A program made the position numbers and the translations under genes. A stretch of DNA of 62,995 bases, the filler included, from Stramenopiles sp. TOSAG23-2 (lineage: Eukaryota): the NCBI GenBank assembly GCA_900128395.1. It is 39 parts of 39 records of this genome, joined end to end, with 100 filler letters (N's around TTAATTAATTAA, not from the genome) between each part and the next. Parts side by side here need not be neighbours in the genome. Positions count along the whole stretch, not along the records: positions 47,287 to 52,462 come from LT650711.1; positions 52,563 to 57,730 come from LT650712.1; positions 57,831 to 62,995 come from LT650713.1; 36 more parts are not named here. The stretch is one strand, 5' to 3'. Shown here one piece after another: positions 48,275-58,092 of the stretch; positions within the stretch are counted from its first letter, which is position 1, and every line of letters starts with the position of its first letter. A model generated the notes under the pieces. That model saw nothing but the letters and a program-made list of their open reading frames with translations. It was not told the DNA's origin and searched no databases.

Positions 48275-49543
48275 ATGCATTTTAAAAGTTTCACTTTCAA
48301 CTTTTTAGTACTAGCATTCATCATTTCTTCAATTAGCATTAACATCCAAATAAATGCATTAAATAATGGTCTGGGATACTTACCACAAATGGGATACAAT
48401 ACATGGTATGATTTACAATGTAATATTGATGAATTGATATTGAAAGAAACAATTGATAAGTTTGTTGAATTAAAATTACCAGAATTAGGATATAATTATT
48501 TCAATTTAGATGATTGTTGGGCAACTAATCGTACAAAAGACGGGATATTAATAGCAGACCCAAATAAATTTACTGATGCCTCATTAAAAACACTAGCTGA
48601 TTATGCTCATTCCAAACATTTAAAATTTGGTACCTATACGGATCGTGGACCAACAACATGTGCTGGACGTCCAGCTGCAAAAGGATATGAAGAATTAGAC
48701 GCAAAAACATATGCATCATGGGGTGTAGATTATTTAAAAGAAGATTCATGTAATGCACCAACTGATCATGAAAGTGCATTTGAAGAATATGGAAAAATGC
48801 GTGATGCTTTAAATGCAACAGGACGTAAAATCTTCTTTTCTTTATGTGGATGGAACGGTTGGTATGCACCAAAAGGATATGAATTAGGAAATAGTTGGAG
48901 GATTGGACCAGATGATACAAATTGGAATGGTTTACTAACAAATATTGATATAAATGCTGGTTTATATAAATATGCTAGTCATGGTGGATTCAATGATCCA
49001 TGTTTATTATTAGCAGAAGAATCAAATGGTATACAACGTGTAACAGAATTACAAACACGATTCCAATTTTCAATGTGGGCAATTATGACCTCACCTTTAT
49101 TGATAAGTGGAAACATTCGTAATATGTCTACAATGAATTTACAAACATATATGAATAAAGATGTCATAGCTATTAATCAAGATCCATTAGCAAAACAAGG
49201 TATGCGTATTGTTGGTGGTAATTTACAATTTCAAGATGATACATCGATTAATGTATGGGGTAAACCATTATCAAATGGTGATGTTGCATTAGCATTTGGA
49301 AATGCTGGACCGATTGATCAAGATATAGAATGCAATGAAGGTTGTTTAACATATGCATTTGATATGATTACTATTCATAATGGTGTACAATCAACAATAA
49401 GTGATGATAAGAATAATATGATATGTGGATTCAATATATGGGATAATAAGAAATTAACTTCATTTTCTATTGCAAATGGTTATGTAGCTAATAGTGTAAA
49501 AGCGAATGGTGGTATGGTTTTATTACGTCTTCATAAATGCTAA
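48275..49543 (+). CDS. Secreted alpha-galactosidase, glycoside hydrolase family 27, complete
   Basis: Signal peptide, LNNGLG..PQMGYNTW, NLDDCW, WGVDYLKEDSC, NSWRIGPD and INQDPL. Confidence 0.95.
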   Translation: MHFKSFTFNFLVLAFIISSISINIQINALNNGLGYLPQMGYNTWYDLQCNIDELILKETIDKFVELKLPELGYNYFNLDDCWATNRTKDGILIADPNKFTDASLKTLADYAHSKHLKFGTYTDRGPTTCAGRPAAKGYEELDAKTYASWGVDYLKEDSCNAPTDHESAFEEYGKMRDALNATGRKIFFSLCGWNGWYAPKGYELGNSWRIGPDDTNWNGLLTNIDINAGLYKYASHGGFNDPCLLLAEESNGIQRVTELQTRFQFSMWAIMTSPLLISGNIRNMSTMNLQTYMNKDVIAINQDPLAKQGMRIVGGNLQFQDDTSINVWGKPLSNGDVALAFGNAGPIDQDIECNEGCLTYAFDMITIHNGVQSTISDDKNNMICGFNIWDNKKLTSFSIANGYVANSVKANGGMVLLRLHKC

Positions 49544-49768
49544 GTGTGTCGGGGTTTGTGTGTGTGTGTATAAAATAGTCTAAAATAATAGTTTTTTTCC
49601 AATATTATTATTTGATTTTCCCTTTCCAGCTTTCTTCATTCAAAATAAATATAAAATAATACAAACAATGTAAAAATAGAAAACATAATAATATCCATCG
49701 CATCATATATATATATACATATACAGAACTTAATTTCGCTCAATCACCCACCATCAACACAAATATCA

Positions 49769-50506
49769 ATGGCATCACCTACCCGCTCTATCAACACCTC
49801 CAATAACACCAATTCCAACAACAACAACAACAACTTTGCAGCACCAAATAATGTGAAACAATTAGATATAGGTAGTTGGTTAGAATTAACAGATATTAAA
49901 CATAGATATGGAAAATCATTAATGAAATATTATCGATATTGGTTGATGTATGAAAAGGAAGAGGAAGACGAAGATTTTTTCAAATGGTTGGATGAAGGTG
50001 GTGGTTTACATCGTGATTTACCATGGTGCCGACGGAAAGCATTGGAACGGAAACGTGTATTATATATGAATGATAGTGAAAGAGAATTATTTGAAGTAGA
50101 AATTACAGATGGTATTTTACGTTTTAAAGATAGTGGTGAATTGGTCGATACACGTCGTTGGGGTTGTGTTGGTGCATGGCAAGCTGGTATGAATTTTGGG
50201 AATGGTATCTGGATATTTGTCGTATCACCACAATATCAATTGTACGTAGCACGTAAAATAAAAGGTAGATTACATCATTCATCGTTTCTAGCAGGGGAAG
50301 CTACATTAGGTGCAGGAAATATTGTTGTTAGTAAAGGTAGATTATTATCAATTTCACCAACATCTGGTCATTATAAACCATCACCGGAAAATATTCAAGG
50401 AATGAATGCATGGTTAGAAGAATGTGGTGTTGATATTGGTAAAGTCGTATGGTTTGGATATCATGTCAATGTATTGAAATTGTGTAGTTCATTTTGTGTT
50501 TATTGA
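49769..50506 (+). CDS. IQM-family-like protein (conserved core; no IQ motif seen)
   Basis: WLELTDIKHRYG, FFKWLDEG, WIFVVS, HHSSFLAG and SGHYKP. Confidence 0.85.
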   Translation: MASPTRSINTSNNTNSNNNNNNFAAPNNVKQLDIGSWLELTDIKHRYGKSLMKYYRYWLMYEKEEEDEDFFKWLDEGGGLHRDLPWCRRKALERKRVLYMNDSERELFEVEITDGILRFKDSGELVDTRRWGCVGAWQAGMNFGNGIWIFVVSPQYQLYVARKIKGRLHHSSFLAGEATLGAGNIVVSKGRLLSISPTSGHYKPSPENIQGMNAWLEECGVDIGKVVWFGYHVNVLKLCSSFCVY

Positions 50507-50714
50507 ATGTGTGGGGGGGAATTCCTTCTTGTATACGTAGAATACAACTTTTACCTTTTTGTGTGTGTGTGCCCCGTCTTTCTTGTCTCGTGTGTGTGTG
50601 TGTTTGTAAATTTGATTCAGTATAAGATTTGTAATTTTATTTAAATAATTCAATATATTTTAATACGAACGTAAATTTTACTCAAAAATACACTAAAGCA
50701 CCCAACTCCTCCTC

Positions 50715-51467
50715 TCAATCTTCTTTGACTAAATAACAACCTAATAAACCTCTACCATCCCATTTAGATGGTATTAAAATCAAATCGATCAAATCTGTGC
50801 CACGTAATACAACCATAAGAATTTCTTTATTTTCATTTTCCATTAAATGTTGTGATAAACGTCTTAAATCTTGCATTCCACCAATTGTACGTAAAATAGT
50901 ACCAAAGGAAACAATACGATCACCAACACGAAGTCCAGCTAATTCACCAGGACTATTTACATCCACTTTTTCAACTCTTGCAATTGGATATTGGATATTA
51001 TTTGCAATGGATATACTGTTGTTGCTGCTGTTTGTGGAAGACGTTGTTGTCGTTGTTTTCTTTCTGGATGGGGTTAAATTATTTTTTTTATTATTATTAT
51101 TGTTCGACGTGTTATTTGCTTTGTATAATGCATGTAACTGTGGCAATAATTTTTCAATTGCTTTCATATTGTTTTCATGATCCGTTTGTAAATGTGCTAA
51201 ACGATTGCGTTGAATTCTAATTTGATGTATATCCAAATCCGCACGTGGAAAACCTTCAGAATCGATTAAACCCCCTTTCAATCCTGGTACAGCACCAGAT
51301 GGTTGTGGTGATAATAAATAATCATTAATACCAGCAATTTCTTGCTCAATTTCTTCCCTTTTTTTATTTAATAATAATAATATTTGTTGTAATTTTTCTT
51401 GTGGCGACATGTTTGCCACGTCGTTTTTTTGGTTAGGCAATGCATTGCTTGCGATTAATGATGCCAT
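50715..51467 (-). CDS. PSMD9: 26S proteasome assembly chaperone p27/Nas2
   Basis: LIDSEGFPRADLDI (Nas2_N), PDZ-like SPGELAGLRVGD and WDGRGLLGC. Confidence 0.93.
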   Translation of the reverse strand: MASLIASNALPNQKNDVANMSPQEKLQQILLLLNKKREEIEQEIAGINDYLLSPQPSGAVPGLKGGLIDSEGFPRADLDIHQIRIQRNRLAHLQTDHENNMKAIEKLLPQLHALYKANNTSNNNNNKKNNLTPSRKKTTTTTSSTNSSNNSISIANNIQYPIARVEKVDVNSPGELAGLRVGDRIVSFGTILRTIGGMQDLRRLSQHLMENENKEILMVVLRGTDLIDLILIPSKWDGRGLLGCYLVKED

Positions 51468-51809
51468 GTTTTGATTTGTATATATATCTATCTATCTAGT
51501 GATTTATATCAATCAATGTTGTTATATATATGTATATGTTCTCTGTATATTCATTTCTTTTAACTAAGAACAAAACTCAACTTATTAAAATATATTGAAC
51601 ATCAAATTCTTTTTGATTATTCTATGTATATGGACGACTAATAAGAACGATTAAGGTGATTTTGATATTCAGATGATGGAAAAAACGAGACTAAGAATGT
51701 GACAAATAGACGACATGTTGTACAAAAAAATACAAAAAATATTAATTTTTATTTTTAAAAAAGAATGTAAAAGTATTATTATAGAATTCACAATGACATA
51801 AGATAAATT

Positions 51810-51966
51810 TGAAAACAATAAGAAAGCAATTGAAAAATTATTGCCACAGTTACATGCTTAATACAAAGCAAATAACACGTCGAACAATAATAATAATAAA
51901 AAAAATAATTTAACCCCATCCAGAAAGAAAACAACGACAACAACGTCTTCCACAAACAGCAGCAAC
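51810..51966 (+). repeat. Inverted 157-bp copy of PSMD9 coding segment 51021-51177
   Basis: Reverse-complement match with about 4 substitutions. Confidence 0.9.
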
Positions 51967-52200
51967 CCCCCCCCCCTAATTCCATTATATAAATAAAAGA
52001 ACATCCAACAACAAGCAACAGAATTGACACAAAAACGAATGCCAAATAAACAACAACGAGATCACCATGCAAAACGTGGAGTGCACGTAAAGGATCCAGG
52101 TAAATTTAATCCCACGTTGTATTTATCAGCCATGGTAGATTTAAATAGGAATGTTGTCAATGTAATGGATGGATCTTGTCGTTTGTTCTAGTACATATAT

Positions 52201-52233
<33 letters not shown>

Positions 52234-53115
52234 TTATTCTATAATTGTGTTTTATGTATGTTGTCATGTTGTCCAACCAACATCTTCTTCACATCTCAAT
52301 GGTACCATCAGGTATACCTTGTAAATGAGAAGGATTGTTAGTGCATTTCAAAATGGAAGTTAATTTAAGTACTAATTTAGTGTACTAATTTATGTATATT
52401 TGATAGGGAGGTATTGGATATTACAAAAAATCCAAAAACAACCAATAGTTATTTTGATGAATNNNNNNNNNNNNNNNNNNNNNNNNNNNNNNNNNNNNNN
52501 NNNNNNTTAATTAATTAANNNNNNNNNNNNNNNNNNNNNNNNNNNNNNNNNNNNNNNNNNNNGCCAAGACTAAGATCCTATTTAAAAAGTGGAAAAACAC
52601 TAAAAAATATGAAAAAAATAACACTATTCATAATGGATGTTGGCGTTCTGGACCAGAGTAGCTGTGGGTGCCTGGTTGCTTTTTTTAGCTATAGTCGTCA
52701 ATTTATAGGAATGTGACACTTTTAGAATTTACCGATAGCATAGACACAGTATTATATAAGATTTCCATGGAATATCTTATTTTTTTCATGGCACCATACC
52801 ATGCCTTTGCTGGTTTGCCCATCATGGTTTCCAGGTTTGTTTCTATAATTTCAGCACATCATTTTTCAGCATATGCATACCATCAGCATAGTAGCATAGT
52901 AGCAGCATCAACATATTATATTGTTATTGTTGCCGATTGTTACAACAAAGATATTATCAAATGTACAATTCTAACATATGGCTAGATAGAATAGAATAGA
53001 AGAATCAAAATACTTTAAATTTATTCCATAAATAAATTACAGCATTATATATATATATATATAACATATTAAAAGCAAAAAGGATATAAACATTACAACC
53101 AAACAAAAAAGAAAC

Positions 53116-53991
53116 ATGAAGATTATATTATTAGCAATTATTGCATGTTTAACATTTTCTAGTGTTGTACAGGAAACACAAGCAAGCTGGAAATCAGTTA
53201 CAAAAATTTGTAGCAAAAGATACAAGACCTATTCGCCTGAATGGGATGAATGTTGTATCCAGGAAGTTGAAAAGCAAGTTGAAGAGAAAAAAAAGGAAGG
53301 AACCTTTGATGAATATAATCGCCCTCCTTGCTTTGGTTACGGATGTACCAAAGAATCTTTGCCTCCAAATAGAACCTACCCTTGCTTTGGTTACGGATGT
53401 ACCAAAGAATCTTTGCCTCCAAATAGCAGAGAATTTAGGTTTCCAACTCCATTTAACTTTGATGAAAGTGATGAAGATGTTGATCGTTGTGATGCTGGTT
53501 ATTACCCTGGGCGAGCTCCGGGAAATAGTCTTTATGAAGTTAATGAAGATTGTTACGATAAATGCTACCAAGTTTGTTTTGATCGTGGCAACAATGGCAA
53601 AGTTCCTGGCTGGCGCACACAACCTTGCCGTAATAACTGCGAAGAACAGTGTAACAGGTGTAACAAATATGTTTATGATCGGCTACCTAAAATACGAAAT
53701 TGCCCTGTACCAGAATGCTTAATCAAAGATGAAGCTTGGAATAAATGTGTAAATGATGTACTTTCTTATGTAGGTGGTACAGGAACACAATATTTTGATC
53801 GTGCTCTTAAAATATTAAGGCGTAATGGTATTTCCACGGATCAATATAAAATATCATATTTGTACTGTCGTTGTGCCACCCAAGGATCCACTGAAGAAGC
53901 ATGTCAATATTTTCCACCACCAATAAAAAAACGTTCAATGCTCCGTTACAAAAAAAGAAGATCCCGTTACAGAACAACGAGATGGAATTAG
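53116..53991 (+). CDS. Secreted Cys-rich hypothetical protein with an internal 18-aa duplication
   Basis: Signal peptide MKIILLAIIACLTFS; PCFGYGCTKESLPPN occurs twice (54-bp period). Confidence 0.75.
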   Translation: MKIILLAIIACLTFSSVVQETQASWKSVTKICSKRYKTYSPEWDECCIQEVEKQVEEKKKEGTFDEYNRPPCFGYGCTKESLPPNRTYPCFGYGCTKESLPPNSREFRFPTPFNFDESDEDVDRCDAGYYPGRAPGNSLYEVNEDCYDKCYQVCFDRGNNGKVPGWRTQPCRNNCEEQCNRCNKYVYDRLPKIRNCPVPECLIKDEAWNKCVNDVLSYVGGTGTQYFDRALKILRRNGISTDQYKISYLYCRCATQGSTEEACQYFPPPIKKRSMLRYKKRRSRYRTTRWN

Positions 53992-54249
53992 AATTATTGG
54001 AATAGGAAGGACAAGGAGCTGGATTTGGTTTCAATGCTAATCCAGGTCAAATAAAAAGGTTCAAAAAAACTATCTTTGGAAGATTAGAACAAGTCAAGAT
54101 AAATTATTGTACATAATCCTGGTCTTTGTAATTTGAGTGTAAAACCCAATCATCATACTACGGAGTGGAATAAAAAAACGTGCATCATATCATATTTAAT
54201 ACGACGCTTCGTATAATTAATTCGTACTTCTCGATATAACCATACTCGC

Positions 54250-56232
54250 TCAACCTTGTCGTATGGATTCTAAATACATTGCTTCTTCGATGTACACAAC
54301 AAATTTTAATTTCGATTTATCACCACATATTCTTAGTAACTCATCTTTTATTTGTTTTGCGCTTAATGTGCACATCCCATCGAAATATTTTGCATCTTGA
54401 TAAAATTTAACAACGCGATCGTATGTTTGTCGTCCTAATGCAGCAATTGCTTTTGTCTTTTTAGCATTTCCAGCACGAGTAGCTTTTCTGATACTTGGAC
54501 TACCAGGTGCCTTTATTGTATTTAAACTATTAATGTTACTAGTATTAATGGTATTAACATGATTGTTATTACCATATCTATTATTCCGTAATGCATTTAT
54601 AGCACTTAATTGCTTCTTTGTTGGCGTTACCATTTTCGTTGATGTTTTAATAGTCTTGCTATTTGTACGATTGACATGATCTTCATCTTCTCCATAATCT
54701 TCTTCCTCGTCGCTTTCAAAATCACTACTATAATAATCATCATCCCCATATGTATCATCCTCCTCCTTATGACTAAATGCTTCTACAGGGTCCAACGTGG
54801 ACGCTTCGAATGCCAATTGGATATCCTTAGGTTCAAAATAGGAAGCAGGATTTACCATGGCGCCGATCGAATGGTTAACAGAACTTGGCCGAAATTGCTG
54901 TGATGCGCGATTTTTAGCCAATATGCGATCTTGCTCTGCTTGCAATGTATGTTTCTTTAATTCTTCCAAACGTTTTGATTGGCGTAATTCTTCTCTACGC
55001 AATTTATCTTCCTTGATCATGTCCGCCCTTGATTTACCTGAGACAATAGGTGATGCCATGGAAGATTTAGATAAACGTGGTGGTGATTTTTTTCGAATTG
55101 ATTTATTAGTTGTTCTTTCAAGCTGAACACTATTATGATTTAACGGTGTTGGTATTGGTCGTTTGTAAATATTTTTTTGAGTTGATGGTTTCTGATCTTT
55201 ATTGTTATTACCATTCTTATTGTTGTTCTTGCTATACTTTTTTTTTATATTGTTGTTATTATTCTTATTGGACGATTGCGGTTTTTCCGTCTTTGTTGGA
55301 GGTTTCACTTTTAATGGTGGTGATCCAGGTGGTGGTGGTGGTGGTCGTCGTAAAGACTCCTCGTTACCACTACCGACAACTGGTGTTAATACTTCTAGTA
55401 AATCTTTTGATGTTGGACGTTGAGATGGACTTTTTGACAATAAAGTATTTACAATTTCACGCAATAACTCATCGTAAATAGTTGGTATATCTTCATATGT
55501 TTCTTGAACAATTTTATATACCAATCCCAATAAATTATTCGAATGAAAAGCACGTTTCAATGTGCACATTTCATAGACAATACATCCTAATGCCCACATA
55601 TCAGATTCAAAACTATATGGCTTATTCGAACATACTTCTGGAGACATGTAATACGGCGTGCCAATGACGGTCCGCGCTTGCTCCAATGTGCCATCTAAAA
55701 TTTTTGCTATACCAAAATCACCTAGTTTCACTTGTCCATTACCAGTTAAGAAAACGTTACTTGTCTTTAAATCTCGATGTAATATTTTACGTTGGTGTAA
55801 ATAATCAACCGCCATGGCAATTTGGAAGGTCCATTCTAATATTTGGACTTGGGAGAAGTATTTCTTAACTTTCTTCTGTTTCTTTTTATTATTGTTATTC
55901 TTCATGTTTTTCGACAATGTTCGTAGTTCTAACTGCCGTTTGATTCTTGCTGCCATATCGCCACCGTCACAATATTCCATAACAATATGTAACGTTTCAT
56001 CTTGTAAAAAATCACCTAAATAATTGACAATATGCCTATGCGACAACGATTTCAACACTTGCACTTCCTGCCTTGCACTATCTTTCTCCTCCTCATTCAG
56101 CGATACTAATGGTATTTTTTTAACGACTAAATTATGTTTCCCATCCCTACTCTGTACTAAATGTGCTGTCCCATAATTTCCTCTACCAATACGACGTACA
56201 TGTATAAAACCAGACATAGAAAGGGATGCCAT
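54250..56232 (-). CDS. NIMA-related (NEK) Ser/Thr protein kinase, complete
   Basis: [35 protein letters not shown] and GTPYYMSPE, followed by a coiled-coil tail. Confidence 0.95.
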   Translation of the reverse strand: MASLSMSGFIHVRRIGRGNYGTAHLVQSRDGKHNLVVKKIPLVSLNEEEKDSARQEVQVLKSLSHRHIVNYLGDFLQDETLHIVMEYCDGGDMAARIKRQLELRTLSKNMKNNNNKKKQKKVKKYFSQVQILEWTFQIAMAVDYLHQRKILHRDLKTSNVFLTGNGQVKLGDFGIAKILDGTLEQARTVIGTPYYMSPEVCSNKPYSFESDMWALGCIVYEMCTLKRAFHSNNLLGLVYKIVQETYEDIPTIYDELLREIVNTLLSKSPSQRPTSKDLLEVLTPVVGSGNEESLRRPPPPPPGSPPLKVKPPTKTEKPQSSNKNNNNNIKKKYSKNNNKNGNNNKDQKPSTQKNIYKRPIPTPLNHNSVQLERTTNKSIRKKSPPRLSKSSMASPIVSGKSRADMIKEDKLRREELRQSKRLEELKKHTLQAEQDRILAKNRASQQFRPSSVNHSIGAMVNPASYFEPKDIQLAFEASTLDPVEAFSHKEEDDTYGDDDYYSSDFESDEEEDYGEDEDHVNRTNSKTIKTSTKMVTPTKKQLSAINALRNNRYGNNNHVNTINTSNINSLNTIKAPGSPSIRKATRAGNAKKTKAIAALGRQTYDRVVKFYQDAKYFDGMCTLSAKQIKDELLRICGDKSKLKFVVYIEEAMYLESIRQG

Positions 56233-57367
56233 ATTTATTAAAAATGTAATGAAATAGACTAGTGTGTGTATTATATCTATGTAGATCTATAGATTAAAAT
56301 CTCCTTTATATTATATATAAATAAGACACAATAAATATTCTAGATCAAAGAGAAACAATCAATGGATTATTATATTTGGAAATTGTTATATTTTTTTTAT
56401 AAAAAAGAGAGTGAAGTTGTCGTCTATGAATCACTGAAATTATATTTATTATTATTAATGTCACATTGTCTATATTTTTTGTCGTTAATTCAATCATTTT
56501 TGGCACAAGAAGAAGAAAAGTGGGTCGGCTATGAGAAAAGTTTAAGGAGGATGATAACATTAAGTTTTATTTATATCCTAAATATATATCAGGTAGGTTA
56601 AAACAGAGAGAATGTTAAAATAGGTACACAAATCTACGGAAAGAGTCTGACGACGCAGACTAACACAAATCAACAAAAATCGATTAAAGACCTTATAATT
56701 TAGCGTACACGAAAACACTTGATTTATGTACCTATAATATAAATAAAATTACTTAATGTTATTTATTTACGGATCATCCTCACAGTCAACTTTTCCTAGA
56801 TATGTTTGTAGGATAGATCAACAATGTTGGTGTAAAATCCAGTAATCTTTTATCTGGTAATATTCCTATCTTATCGTTACTTATACTGTTGAGAACAAGC
56901 GAACAAGCATTTGATGGAAATATGGAAATGTTACATTTTTTTGATCCCTATCAAATTTAACATATATTAGTACAATATATAATAGTCTAAATCGTTTGTT
57001 CCAAATCCAAAGCCAAATTGAAAATAACACCCACTGTGTCTATGCTATTGGTTTTAGGCGTAGTCCTATGCTAGAATAATATTTACAATTGAGGACTGTC
57101 CAGCTGTCCAGCTGTCCTTTGGTTGCAAACATGTATTAGTATAGATTAGTAAGAGCTATGCCACCAATTATTATTGGTTGGTTGCTTTGCTATTGCATTT
57201 ATACACAATTAAGAATACAGAAAAATTATAAATGAAAATAGTGCATTATATATGGTAAAGCAATAATCAGTATATAACTGTATAAAAAGATATCGATATC
57301 TTTAACAAATATTAGTTTTTATCGCGAATAGCTAGCGGATCGTAAGTCTATTATTTCAAATTATTGA

Positions 57368-57730
57368 TTGGCGCCGTTGATTATGGATATACGAGGGGTA
57401 TCTATGGATAATCTACAAGATATTGCATCTAAATTAAATAAATTTGCCAACAGCGAGCGGTACATAATAGATGGTATTAGTGGTGTTCTTTTAGAAGAAC
57501 TTACCTTTCAAGAGCGAACTCTTGATTCCAGAAATCGAATAGTTCGAAATTCGCACAAATTGACAAAAAACGAAATCGAAAATTTAGTGCAGCTAGATGC
57601 GGCTGTGGGTGACCGTGTTTGGATTAATTTAGATGGCAACAGAAAAGAGATTGGAGTAGTAACTTCAGTAATGAAAAAGACTAATGGTGCATTTGCTTAT
57701 AAAGTTACACTGTTGAAACAAAGTGAAAAG
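57368..57730 (+). CDS. Hypothetical protein fragment, possibly with an SH3/Tudor-like barrel
   Basis: VGDRVWI...GVVTSV...YKVTL pattern; frame open to the contig edge. Confidence 0.4.
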
Positions 57731-58092
57731 NNNNNNNNNNNNNNNNNNNNNNNNNNNNNNNNNNNNNNNNNNNNTTAATTAATTAANNNNNNNNNNNNNN
57801 NNNNNNNNNNNNNNNNNNNNNNNNNNNNNNTTCACAAACATCAGAAGTCCATGATTGATAGTTATCGTGATTACAACCCTTGCCCTTTGCTATGCCCCCT
57901 TCAATTTCAGTTTTTGTACATAAACGAAACTATTTGTCGATAATATGCCGTCTGAAATAGGCGGCACCAATAATTTATATTTTTTAGTCGATATGCACCT
58001 TGACATGATACACTGTCCCCCCGGAAAGCCATAAGCGGCCTAAAATAGGTATCTTAGAAGGCGATGCAACAAATTCACATGGGGGGACGTAT

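Noticed and set aside
1221-57830. Regularly spaced TTAATTAATTAA palindromes (about every 1.31 kb) as a biological repeat, nanochromosome ends or a CRISPR-like array
   Set aside because: They are always centred in N44 blocks and encode stops in all six frames. This is a synthetic contig spacer, and the periodicity reflects length-sorted contigs.
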